DNA of 64,000 nucleotides from Bugula neritina. Lineage: Eukaryota; Animalia; Bryozoa. The stretch spans positions 186,001 through 250,000 of the forward strand of contig OZ037771.1 of NCBI GenBank assembly GCA_964035545.1, read 5' to 3'. The notes below the pieces were generated by a model, which was not told the origin of the DNA, made no database searches, and was given only the letters and a program-made list of their open reading frames with translations. The translations under genes and the position numbers were made by a program. Shown piece by piece: positions 1 through 12,084 of the stretch (positions within the stretch are counted from its first letter, which is position 1; the number at the start of each line of letters is the position of its first letter).

Positions 1-446
1 AATACTAGTAAAACTACAAGTATCTACTGTACACATCCACATAATGGCAATCATAGTGATATTGATTGCTGATAGTGACACTGATAGTATGAGACTCGGA
101 CTGAGTATAACTATTACTATGATCATGATTTATTGATTATCATTACTCATCAGGATAGCAAAGAAAATATTATGATAGCACTACCATAAATATTGTGTAT
201 TTATTATTAATTATAATATGCTTAATATAGCTAAAGTAGCCAGCTAGAGTGGAAGATGTCGACTCGCCAGAGTGAGTGCGATAAATGATAATCACAGTTT
301 CACAATCACTATCACTATGACTATCACTATCAGAGTCAGATTGAAATTAGTTGCCACCAGCAGGTGTTGTTTGGAACATCAAACATTTTGATATAATGTC
401 GTTGAAAAGTTTAAGATAAAATACTCAACAAAGTTTGGGTAACAGG

Positions 447-2218
447 CAGAGATGTAGTGGCAAAAACATTCTAGGCCATACTCTCAGGCCGGGGTTCAGG
501 GGGCCGCCCAGGCACCCGGCGGGGTCTGGGGCAGCGCCCCGCCGCTGAAGCCCTCAGAGCTCTTCTAATGCAAATTTATGCAATTTAAAGCCATTGTGAA
601 TTCTAATTCTTCTGAAAAAATCTGTGTTGAAATGTGCACCTCACTATTATTTTCATACCATACCAGCTACATGACCACTGGGCATTGCTGCAAACTATAT
701 AAATATTCAGTATTGTCCCATACCTGTTGACTGTAATTTTAAATGTAGTCTTACTCAACTGCAGTTAGGTTTGTTCTGACATGCACTAAGTCCAAACTGT
801 ACAGAACAATTGCTGAAGATCTCAAAAAGATGGAAGGATAAAGGCAGGTAACAAGTGCTCTTCAAATGCAACCTGATTATTTTATTAATAACTAATAGAC
901 TGACGTTCCCAGAAAAAGAATAATAGATCAGAAAAGAGGCAGATTGCAAATCAGAAAATGTGTGTTGGTTATTTATAAAGAGCAATTTGAATTGATAACT
1001 CATTGGCAAGCAGAAATTGGTTAAAAACCTAATTGGAGTTTATTAGAGTATTAGTCTAAACCATAAGGAGATACCACCACACCTTCTAACACACAATAAA
1101 GCACACCTAAGAAGAGTATGTTAACTTGGTTTTAAAATAAAACCCCTGAGCTTTCACTAGACACATCAAGGAAACATACCCCAAATGAAAGAATTTGACA
1201 GGTTTAATATGTGTTAACCTAGAAGATGATTAAATATAAAGCCAAATGTTAGTTATTACAATCAACCATAAACTGTTACTTATGGTGGTGTACAGTTTGC
1301 AAAACCTCATTGCATTGATATAATTAACATGCAATAACGCTAGGTTTTTGAGCAAAATGTGGACATAGTACCTGTAGACCTCAGTGATAAATTTTCGTTA
1401 ACCTCTCCTACACAACTGGTACTGTTTCTTGAAGACATTTTGATTTTATTTCTGGATTTTTGATTTTATTTTTGGATTTCATGTTGGTTTTTTAAAATTC
1501 CATTGCTTATTGACAAAATACAAGTCCACACAAGATAGATAAGGGCAACTTTCTAGCTGTCACTGCCTAATTGTGCTAGAATAAAAATTTAAAAACCATG
1601 TTGTAGATCTTCCTGTTCCTTAGAGCACCTGCTTTTTCGAGTTTTCAATATTTTTTTTGCAAAGTTATAGACAAAAAACTACCCATTTTGGCCAATTTTA
1701 TCTGAAAAGTTTATTTTTCAAAATCTGCCAAATATCTCAGCAGGAAAGTATGGTATTGGAATAGAACAAACACTGTCGGAAACCTGAGAAATTTATGCAT
1801 AGCAAATTTTTTGATCCTTTCAATAGCCTTCATAGATTTTCTACAAATTAGTGATTTATACACTTAAATGAAATATTTCTTCCTTAGCAATCACCAATGC
1901 TCAGCACTTCGAGCTTCAGTGAACACGTAGAGATGAGAAGATGGAATGTTGATAGCTGCTTATTATTCATAGTGTAATCTCAGGCTAAACAATCACAAGT
2001 AGGCAACACGCATGCCACCCACATAGCATTAACATAACAAGAACTTAAACTAGATTGTGAGAGAAATTTATGATATTCTCAGTGAGGATGCCCTAACTAT
2101 CCTGTGCACTAATCATTTTTCAAAAATATTATGCCCATACGGGCGTATGGCCTAGAACAGTCTATTTTCTTCTAGGCCATACGGCGTATGGGACCGTATG
2201 GGTACCACTACATCCCTG
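447..2218. mobile_element. Non-autonomous hAT-superfamily DNA transposon
   Basis: 14-bp TIRs CAGAGATGTAGTGG (447-460) and CCACTACATCCCTG (2205-2218; reverse complement differs at 1 position), flanked by an exact 8-bp TSD GTAACAGG (439-446, 2219-2226). GC-rich subterminal block (~487-560) and subterminal palindromes CCATAC(G)GGCGTATGG (~2135, ~2177). No transposase ORF. An 8-bp TSD with short CAG-starting TIRs is typical of hAT. Confidence 0.85.
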
Positions 2219-2339
2219 GTAACAGGGTTGCTTTAGCTGTCAGTTGAGACTTTGAAAAAAGATTGCGTAAGCAACAGTGTCAGAGTCACAGTTACTACTA
2301 CCAGTAATGAGTATAAATGGCTATCTTGCCGTTAGAAAG

Positions 2340-2468
2340 TTTAAAAACTCCCGCGTTAAATTATCTACGGGTTTATCAATTCCGCCTTTATAGAAAATAT
2401 TTTATTGCTATTCCCAGTCGAACCAAACGTTGTTGCCGAACGCGAAAGCTGCCTCCATTTTGGTAAAG
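2340..2468 (+). promoter_or_regulatory. Probable promoter / non-coding first exon of the zinc-finger gene
   Basis: Locally CpG-rich patch ending in a donor-like TTG|GTAAAG (~2463). It is followed by a very AT-rich ~1.3-kb intron and an acceptor TTGCAG at ~3793 upstream of the ATG at 3830. Confidence 0.4.
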
Positions 2469-3829
2469 TTCGAATTTATTTCTAGAATATCATTAAAATA
2501 ATCTATTGTTATTTCTCGTTTTGTAATACATCTTCTTGATTTTTTTGTTTAATTTAATGCACTTGTTACTATTTGTTCAACTAATGATCCTTTAGTTTCT
2601 TTGATTAATTTAATGTAAAAAATAGTTATCGAATTACTGCGATAGTTTTTCGGGGACAAATTCACATTAATTTAATAAATATTTTACTAGTTTCACTTTG
2701 ACTTCAGTTATTGACTTATTCAACAATAAAATAATAATGAAATCGCTCTTTGGTATCATAAATAGAATATACTTATAGTAATACACATATGAATAAGAAT
2801 TGAAAGTTAAATGAATAATCAATTGTACTTGTTAATATTATTATTTGTGATTGTATTCATATTGATATTCAATTTCATAAGAATTAACTATTAAGATAAT
2901 TCACGGCCATCAACTTCAAGACTCCAGAATCACTATCAGTATCAGAATGATGTTCAAGTTCAACTTCATGTTGATGTTCATGCTCATATTGCTGCTGAAA
3001 TCTAAATGTAATAATTAATATTATAATTTAATAACTTTAGTTAAAATAGACTTATTCTTATTTTAATTACTTGCTAATTAATAAGTTAATAAGTAATCGT
3101 TTAGTAATAGTTATACTTATACTTATAGACTTGTAATTATTACTTATTAGTTATACTTATAGTAATATCAATTTATTACTAATACTAATAGTAATACTAA
3201 TAGTAATAGTCTTACAGTTACTGTTACCAGTTTAAACTTTAGTTATTCATTATGATTATTGGAATTAAATTTGATTCTAGTGGTATACTTATAGTTATAC
3301 TTATAGTATTGGTAATATCGAATATAATTATACTATTAGTGACTATCAATACCAAGTTCAATATAATATCAAAATGTAAATTGTAAGCACTGAGTCAAAA
3401 TAAAAATTAGTAAAGATTAAGATGATTTAAATTATTAAACTTGATATAATTTTTTAAATTATAATTTTATGAATTTTCATTTCAATGTTATAGTTTTAAT
3501 TTTATTTCATATGAATAATAAATATAATTGTAACTGATTTATAATATGTTAATATTATAACTAACTGTAATTTATGATATGTTAATATTATTTCATTGTG
3601 ATTAGAGTGGTATTTAATAATGGTATTTGTGTTCATTTTCTAGTATATGTAATATTCTTGTTGGTAAAGTTCAAAGTTGGAAGCATTTTGTAAAAAAATG
3701 TTAAAATAGTTTGCTACATGTTGGATCCAACCAATCAGTTAGCACTATCAAACGCCCATGTGTTGTGCAGACCAGATAACTTACTTGTTGCAGTTTTCAT
3801 AGACCCTGTGAGAGTGAGCAGTTGGCAGG

Positions 3830-6800
3830 ATGTCCGCCTCTCAGCCAACAGATATTCATATTGCTATTGAGATGCCACTGGGCGATGACGAGGTTAGCCA
3901 ATCAGATGTAGTTTCTAAGGTCACTGCATCTGCTGCCGATAGCAACGCCTCAGAGTGAGTAATGTTTATGAGTTGAGTATGAGTAGAGTATCAGTAGAGT
4001 AATAGTAGAGTTTATAGTAGAGTAATAATAGAGTAATAGTAGAGTATATAGTAGAGTATCAGTAGAGTAATAGTAGAGTATCAGTAGAGTAATAGTAGAG
4101 TATATAGTAGAGTATCAGTAGAGTAATAGTAGAGTAATAGTAAAGTATCAGTAGAGTAATAGTAGAGTATCAGTAGAGTAGTAGTAGAGTATCAGTAGAG
4201 TTTATAGTAAAGTATCAGTAGAGTAATAGTAGAGTATCAGTAGAGTTTATAGTAGAGTAATAATAGAGTAATAGTAGAGTATATAGTAGAGTATCAGTAG
4301 AGTAATAGTAGAGTATCAGTAGAGTAATAGTAGAGTAATAGTAAAGTATCAGTAGAGTAATAGTAGAGTATCAGTAGAGTAGTAGTAGAGTATATAGTAG
4401 AGTATCAGTAGAGTAATAGTAGAGTATCAGTAGAGTAGTAGTAGAGTATCAGTAGAGTTTATAGTAAAGTATCAGTAGAGTATCAGTAGAGTATTAATAG
4501 AGTATTAGTATCACTATTTTCCTCTTCTGTAGCAGTGAAAACGTCCTACAGCTGAATCTAACTGGCGACTCTCTGCACAAGTTTGCTAAGATTCTACAAG
4601 ACAAGGGCCTGCAGACGGCAGAGGAAGCTGTTCAGTACTTCTACTCACTGCATAACAAGTAGAGTTGTCTTCTCACTTCCCTCCTCCTTTCTTAAAATAC
4701 TCTCGGAATTTGCAGTCATTGAAATGTTTTCTCATGTCGCTAGTTTAATATTTCATTTAAGAGGTTAGAGATTGTGCTCCTTGGCTTGTTGCATTCTTTA
4801 GTGGCCAGTGTGATGTTTCAGGAAAGAGGGGTTGTCTGCTCAACCTTCAAACTCAAGGTCAAGAGGTCGACCCAAGGGTTCACGTAATAAAGTAATGGCT
4901 GAAGACTCGTCGGATTTCGTCACTCCGGGAATTGACTTGGAGGATGAAGATGATGAACCCGGTGTGTGACCCAGTAGCAGCTCAGTAGCAGCTCAGTAGC
5001 AGCTCAGTAGCAGCTCAGTAGCAGCTCAGTAGCAGCTCAGTAGCAGCTCAGTAGCAGCTCAGTAGCAGCTCAGTAGCAACTCAGTAGCAGCTCAGTAGCA
5101 ACTCAGTAGCAGTTCAGTAGCAGCTCAGTAGCAACCCAGTAGCAGCTCAGTAGCAGCTCAGTAGCAACTCAGTAGCAGTTCAGTAGCAGCTCAGTAGCAA
5201 CCCAGTAGCAGCTCAGTAGCAGCCCAGTAGCAGCCCAGTAGCAGCTCAGTATCAGCTCAGTAGCAGCCCAGTAGCAGCCCAGTAGCAGCTCAGTAGCAAC
5301 TCAGTAGCAGCTCAGTAGCAGCTCAGTGGCAGCTCAGTAGCAACCCAGTAGCAGCTCAGTAGCAGCTCAGTAGCAGCTCAGTAGCAGCTCAGTAGCAGCT
5401 CAGTAGCAGCTCAGTATCAGCTCAGTAGCAGCTCAGTAGCAACTCAGTAGCAGCTCAGTAGCAGCTCAGTAGCAGCCCAGTAGCAGCCCAGTAGTATCAG
5501 TATAATACGGTGTATTAGAGTAATAGTAAAGTGAGTTGGTGGTTGTCACTGCAGGGACTGTACTTGTGGACGGTGTTAGGAAGAGTACACGTAGAAAGAA
5601 GGATCCATTCAAGAAGAGTGAATACATATCCATACATAAACTGGAGAACATAGAGGATATTAACCTGGGAGAGGAGCAGCTATCACAGTGGGTGAGATAA
5701 ATATGTCCCTGTAATATCATATGTCCCTGTAATATCATATGTCCCTGTAATATCATATGTCTCTGTAATATCATATGTCCCTGTAATATCATATGTCCCT
5801 GTAATATCATATGTCCCTGTAATATCATATGTCCCTGTAATATCATATGTCTCTGTAATATCATATGTCCCTGTAATATCATATGTCTCTGTAATATCAT
5901 ATGTCCCTGTAATATCATATGTCCCTGTAATATCATATGTCTCTGTAATATCATATGTCCCTGTAATATCATATGTCTCTGTAATATCATATGTCTCTGT
6001 AATATCATATGTCCCTGTAATATCATATGTCCCTGTAATATCATATGTCCCTGTAATATTATATGTCCCTGTAATATCATATGTCCTTGGAATATCATAT
6101 GTCCCTGTAATATTATATGTCCCTGTAATATCATATGTCTCTGTAATATCACATGTCCTTGTAATATCATATGTCCCTGTAATATCATATGTCCCTGTAA
6201 TATCATATGTCCCTGTAATATTATATGTCCCTGTAATATCATATGTCCCTGTAATATCATATGTCCCTGTAATATCATATGTCCCTGTAATATTATATGT
6301 CCCTGTAATATCATATGTCCCTGTAATATCATATGTCTCTGTAATATCATATGTCCTTGTAATATCATATGTCTCTGTAATATCATATGTCTCTGTAATA
6401 TCATATGTCTCTGTAATATCATATGTCCCTGTAATATCATATGTTCCTGCAACATATGGTAATACAGCTGGTACTTGTGTTACAGGATGTTGAGGGTGAT
6501 GAAGGACTGATAGACATTGAAGACAACCAGCCCATATTCATCTCGCCCACTGACGTGCCAACTCAACTGTCTGATGCGGCGCCCTCTGGTGACAAAGAGC
6601 ATGACTCTCAGCACGCCATACGCATCATCCGCTTCAAGCAGAAGACTTCTTCCTATCCACGAGTTACCAGAACCAAATCTGCAGTCAGGACTAGAAAAGG
6701 TGGAGGTTTGTTGAACGTTTAAATCTAATGCAATTAGTAGCATGACCTTGACTTTCACCGTGAGGTCATAACCTGTGTTGTGTGTAGTTGGACGGCCGAG

Positions 6801-8400
6801 GAGACGTGCGAGAGAGGCGGTGCTGTTCAAGTCAGAGGAGGAGACTCAGAACTGTCAGAGGTGTGGGGAGCACTTCGCCACGTTGTCGGCTCTGAGGAGT
6901 CACAAAATGAAGGTGCACAGTAAGTGTGTACAGAGTATAGAGTAGTACTAGTAGTAGTAGTAGTAGTAGTAGTAGTAGCAGTAGTAGTAGTAGTAGTAGC
7001 AGTAGTAGTACTAGCAGTAGTAGTAGTAGTACTAGTAGTAGTAGTAGTAGTAGCAGTAGTCTACATAGTGTAAGCTCAGTTTGTTACTTGCTGGGCAGGC
7101 CGACAGAACCACCCCTACTTCTGTGAACACTGCGAGTACACGGCTATGTTTGAGTGTGACATGAAGAGACACCAGCTGGTGCACCTCACGGAGAAGGTGT
7201 TCAGGTGTCACATCTGCGACTTTGCCACCAACTGGGAGCGCAACTTGAGTCTGCACATTGAGAATGTTCACTCTAACAAGGAGCCATGGAAGTGTGACAG
7301 GTGCGACGTCAAGATCTACAACCATAGCAAGGTGAGACACCCAGCTGGTGCACTCAGCTAGTAGTAAGGTGAGACACCCAGCTAGTAGTAAGGTGAGACA
7401 CTCAGCTGGTAGTAACGTGAGACACTCAGCTAGTAGTAAGGTGAGACACTCAGCTAGTAGTAAGGTGAGTCACTCAGCTAGTAGTAAGGTGAGTCACTCA
7501 GCTGGTAGTAAGGTGAGTCACTCAGCTGGTAGTAAGGCGAGACACTCAGCTGGTAGTGAGGTGAGACACTCAGCTGGTAGTAAGGTGAGTCACTCAGCTG
7601 GTAGTAAGGTGAGTCACTCAGCTGGTAGTAAGGTGAGACACTCAGCTAGTAGTAAGGTGAGACACTCAGCTAGTAGTAAGGTGAGTCACTCAGCTAGTAG
7701 TAAGGTGAGTCACTCAGCTGGTAGTAAGGTGAGTCACTCAGCTGGTAGTAAGGCGAGACACTCAGCTGGTAGTGAGGTGAGACACTCAGCTAGTAGTAAG
7801 GTGAGACACTCAGCTAGTAGTAAGGTGAGTCACTCAGCTAGTAGTAAGGTGAGTCACTCAGCTGGTAGTAAGGTGAGTCACTCAGCTGGTAGTAAGGCGA
7901 GACACTCAGCTGGTAGTAAGGTGAGACACTCAGCTGGTAGTAAGGTGAGTCACTCAGCTGGTAGTAAGGTGAGTCACTCAGCTAGTAGTAAGGTGAGACA
8001 CTCAGCTGGTAGTGAGGTGAGTCACTCAGCTGGTAGTAAGGTGAGTCACTCAGCTAGTAGTAAGGTGAGACACTCAGCTGGTAGTAAGGTGAGTCACTCA
8101 GCTGGTAGTAAGGTGAGACACTCAGCTAGTAGTAAGGTGAGACACTCTGCGGGTAGTTTCTAGTAGATGTGTATGTATAGGCTTCTGTTATTGGCTCTAG
8201 GTGAAGCAACATCAGCTATCCCACAATCCTAATGCACTCAAGTGTAACCAGTGCGATTTCCTGTTTGAGACGACTGCTAAACTACAGTGGCACATCAACA
8301 ACATGCATGTGAAAGAGCTGTCTAAACTACAATGTACAGAGTGTTCTTATGTGGCCACAACTTCGTGAGTTTAGTATAGACTATCTATTACACTGTATGC

Positions 8401-8469
<69 letters not shown>

Positions 8470-11400
8470 CATATATATATTACTAGTATATAATATACAT
8501 ATTACCATAGTGTAGTATACAGAGTGTATATAGTATAGTATATAACATACAGAGTGTATAGAATAGTATATATAACATACAGAGTGTATAGAATAGTATA
8601 TATAACATACAGAGTATATAGAATAGTATATATAACATACAGGGTGTATAGCATAGTATATATAACATACAGGGTGTATAGCATAGTATATATAACATAC
8701 AGAGTGTATAGCATAGCATAGTATATATAACATACAGAGTGAACCTGCGGCTGCACCTCAAGAACAAACACAACATCGAGCAGCGACAGCGAGAGCGGCA
8801 GGTGAGGAGGAAGAAGGAGGAGGTGTGTGACATTTGCAACAAGAGGCTGATAAATGCCGACCAGAAGGAAGTGCACATGCAGATACACGAGCCAGGTAAC
8901 CGTGACAACCCAAAGCCGTACTACTGTAATGTGTGTGACGCCAGGTGTGCTGACATCAACCAGATGGTGCGACATCGCGCCATCCACTCCGAGGAGAAGC
9001 CCTTCGCTTGTAAACACTGCAACTATCGGAGTCGGTGGAAGAAGGACCTCAAGACCCATGAGATGATTCACACAGGTATGTCTTGTGTGCTCTCCCTCTC
9101 TCCCTCTCTCTCTTAGTATAGTGTATACTGTATATCTACAGTTAGTATAGTGTATACTGTATATCTACAGTTAGTATAGTGCATACTGTATATCTACAGT
9201 TAGTATAGTGTATACTGTATGTCTACAGTTAGTATAGTGTACACTGTATATCTACAGTTAGTATAGCGTACACTGTATATTTACAGTTAGTATAGTGTAT
9301 ACTGTATATCTACAGCTAGTATAGTGTGTACTGTATATCTACAGGAGTCAAGAACGTACGCTGCCCTCACTGCAACTACACCTGCTACACCAGACAAAGA
9401 CTGAGAGCCCATCTTATCAAACACGATGAGAGTCGTCACCACCTCTGCCCTCTCTGCAACATGGCCTTCAAGTCTAAGCAGGCCCTCCGTATGCACACCA
9501 TGTACCACACGGGGGAGGCCGCTTACTCGTGAGTTGCTATCACACCTGTGTACCAGTACAATACTAGTTCTAACTATATGTGTACCAGTACAATACTAGC
9601 TCTAACTATATGTGTACCAGTACAATACTAGTTCTAACTACATGTGTACCAGTACAATACTAGTTCTAACTACCTGTGTACCAGTACAATACTAGTTCTA
9701 ACTACCTGTGTACCAGTACAATACTAGTTCTAACTATATGTGTACCAGTACAATACTAGTTCTAACTATATGTGTACCAGTACAATACTAGTTCTAACTA
9801 CATGTGTACCAGTACAATACTAGTTCTAACTATATGTGTACCAGTACAATACTAGCTCTAACTATATGTGTACCAGTACAATACTAGTTCTAACTATATG
9901 TGTACCAATACAATACTAGCTCTAACTATATGTGTACCAATACAATACTAGCTCTAACTATATGTGTGTAGGTGCAACAATGATACGTAGGTGTGACTAC
10001 TATATGTAGGTGTGACCTGTGTGAGTTCCGCACTGTGACAGAGATGAGGTTGAAGAAACATAAGATGAGACACACAGATGAGAGGAATTATTCCTGTAAC
10101 TTGTGTGGCAAAAGATTCAAACAGCCACACCACGTCACCCAGCATAGGTACGGCTACCTTACCTTTATATTACTATATTACTACTCTGTATTATTATACT
10201 CTATGTGTTCTATTCTGTATTACTACACTGATATATTACTACACTGATATATTACTATACTGATATATTACTACACTGATATATTACTACACTGATATAT
10301 TACTATACTGATATATTATTACACTGATATATTACTACACTGATATATTACCACACTGATATATTACTACACTGATATATTACTATACTGATATATTACT
10401 ATACTGATATATTATTACACTGATATATTACTACACTGATATATTACTACACTGATATATTACTATACTGATATATTATTACACTGATATATTACTACAC
10501 TGATATATTACCACACTGATATATTACTACACTGATATATTACTACACTGATATATTACTATACTGATATATTACTATACTGATATATTATTACACTGAT
10601 ATATTACTACACTGATATATTACTACACTGATATATTACTATACTGATATATTATTACACTGATATATTACTACACTGATATATTACCACACTGATATAT
10701 TACTACACTGATATATTACTACACTGATATATTACTATACTGATATATTACTACACTGATATATTACCACACTGATATATTACTACACTGATATATTACT
10801 ATACTGATATATTACCACACTGATATATTACTACACTGATATATTACCACACTGATATATTACCACACTGATATATTACTACACTGATATATTACTACAC
10901 TGATATATTACTATACTGATATATTACTACACTGATATATTACCACACTGATATATTACTACACTGATATATTACTATACTGATATATTACCACACTGAT
11001 ATATTACTACACTGATATATTACTATACTGATATATTACTATACTGATATATTACTATACTGATATATTACTACACTGATATATTACTACACCGATGTAT
11101 TACTACACTGATATGTTACTACACTGATATATTATTATACAGAGATATCGTACACCTGGGAAAACCCAGTTACCGAGAGAGGAAGAGAATTGCTCTTCAA
11201 CAAAGTGCTGCCGAAGCTCTGGGAAGTCTGAATGCGGCAGATATTGCTTATTCTGGACAGACGACTTACGTAAGTTCAACTCCAGTATTTTGTCTCAACT
11301 CTCATCTGTCAAAGTCCGGATAATGTTCTTCCTTCCAGACTGTAGCTCAGCCTCAGTTCTCACCTTCCTTTTAGACTGTGGTCAATGATGACGGGTCGAC

Positions 11401-12084
11401 GACTCTACTGGATATCCAAGCTATGCAGCCGTCTAGAGTGGCGGAGGAGACGCAGTATGTGATGGTAGAGACTCCAGCCGGCTACCAGTACGTGGCTGTG
11501 GTAATGCCTGAGACAGCAGACGTGCAGTCAGCAGGGTGAGTTATTCTATAATATGTACTCTGTATGTACTGAGTATACAATATTATATATGCTCATGTTA
11601 CGTACTCTGTACTGAGTATACAATATTATATATACTCAGTATACTATATGTTACGTACTCTGTACTGAGTATACAATATTATATATACTCAGTATACTAT
11701 ATGTTACGTACTCTGTACTGAGTGTACAATATTATATATACTCAGTATACTATATGTTACGTACTCTGTACTGAGTATACAATATTATATATACTCAGTA
11801 TACTATATGTTACTCTGTACTGAGTATACAATATTATATATACTCAGTATACTATATGTTACGTACTCTGTACACTATACTATATACTCACCGTATATAT
11901 TATGAACTATAGGCTGGTGACTGACACATCTCAAGTATCTGCAGACACCACCAACATGGAAGACTCCACACCACTTCTGCTCTCCCAGGCCTCTGGTGTC
12001 TTCTACTCCACATCTGCCGTCTCTTCTGTTGAAGCCGAATCTGGCCAATCAGTGGAGAACCTCGTGGCTCTACCCACAGACTAG
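3830..12084 (+). CDS. AT-hook-containing multi-C2H2 zinc-finger protein (~796 aa, 13 fingers)
   Basis: Phase-consistent exons: 3830-3954, 4533-4658, 4822-4961, 5555-5691, 6486-6699, 6788-6919, 7099-7331, 8201-8364, 8738-9075, 9345-9528, 10010-10147, 11143-11269, 11375-11535, 11913-12084. Encodes RGRPKGSRNK (AT-hook) and 13 CxxC...HxxxH/HxxxxH fingers, e.g. CEHCEYTAMFECDMKRHQLVH, CKHCNYRSRWKKDLKTHEMIH, CNLCGKRFKQPHHVTQHRDIVH. AATAAA at ~12886. Confidence 0.9.
3975..4510. repeat. Intronic minisatellite, ~11-13 bp (AGTAGAGTATC / AGTAGAGTAAT variants)
   Basis: Direct tandem repetition visible in sequence. Confidence 0.95.
4972..5490. repeat. Intronic 11-bp minisatellite CAGTAGCAGCT
   Basis: Direct tandem repetition. 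Confidence 0.97.
5700..6445. repeat. Intronic 18-bp minisatellite ATATGTCCCTGTAATATC
   Basis: Direct tandem repetition; explains spurious ORF 5466..6455. Confidence 0.97.
6945..7060. repeat. (AGT)n microsatellite
   Basis: Direct tandem repetition. Confidence 0.97.
7329..8150 (+). repeat. Intronic 24-bp minisatellite containing the splice donor (AAG|GTGAGACACTCAGCTAGTAGT)
   Basis: About 33 copies; first copy is the real exon-7 donor at 7331/7332. Confidence 0.95.
8399..8741 (+). repeat. (TA)n tract followed by 30-bp minisatellite ending in the splice acceptor (CATACAG|AGTG)
   Basis: Unit AGTGTATAGAATAGTATATATAACATACAG; last copy supplies the acceptor at 8737. Confidence 0.93.
9113..9344 (+). 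repeat. 29-bp minisatellite ending in the splice acceptor (TTAGTATAGTGTATACTGTATATCTACAG)
   Basis: About 8 copies; last copy is the acceptor at 9344. Confidence 0.93.
9547..9970. repeat. Intronic 32-bp minisatellite TGTGTACCAGTACAATACTAGTTCTAACTATA
   Basis: Direct tandem repetition. Confidence 0.96.
10219..11140. repeat. Intronic 16-bp minisatellite TACTACACTGATATAT
   Basis: Direct tandem repetition running into the acceptor at 11142. Confidence 0.97.
11565..11880. repeat. Intronic ~53-bp minisatellite with internal inverted repeat
   Basis: Unit contains ACTGAGTATA...TATACTCAGT. Confidence 0.93.

Noticed and set aside
256-276. ATGTCGACTCGCCAGA|GTGAGT as first coding exon of the zinc-finger gene
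   Set aside because: The next exon has in-frame stops before ATG 3830, so it cannot be linked; origin unresolved.
5466-6455. 329-aa ORF of LQGHMI repeats
   Set aside because: Antisense read-through of an 18-bp intronic minisatellite; no independent gene signals.
7348-8163. 271-aa HSASSKVR repeat ORF
   Set aside because: Lies in an intron that interrupts a zinc finger; out of frame with the exon and separated by a stop.
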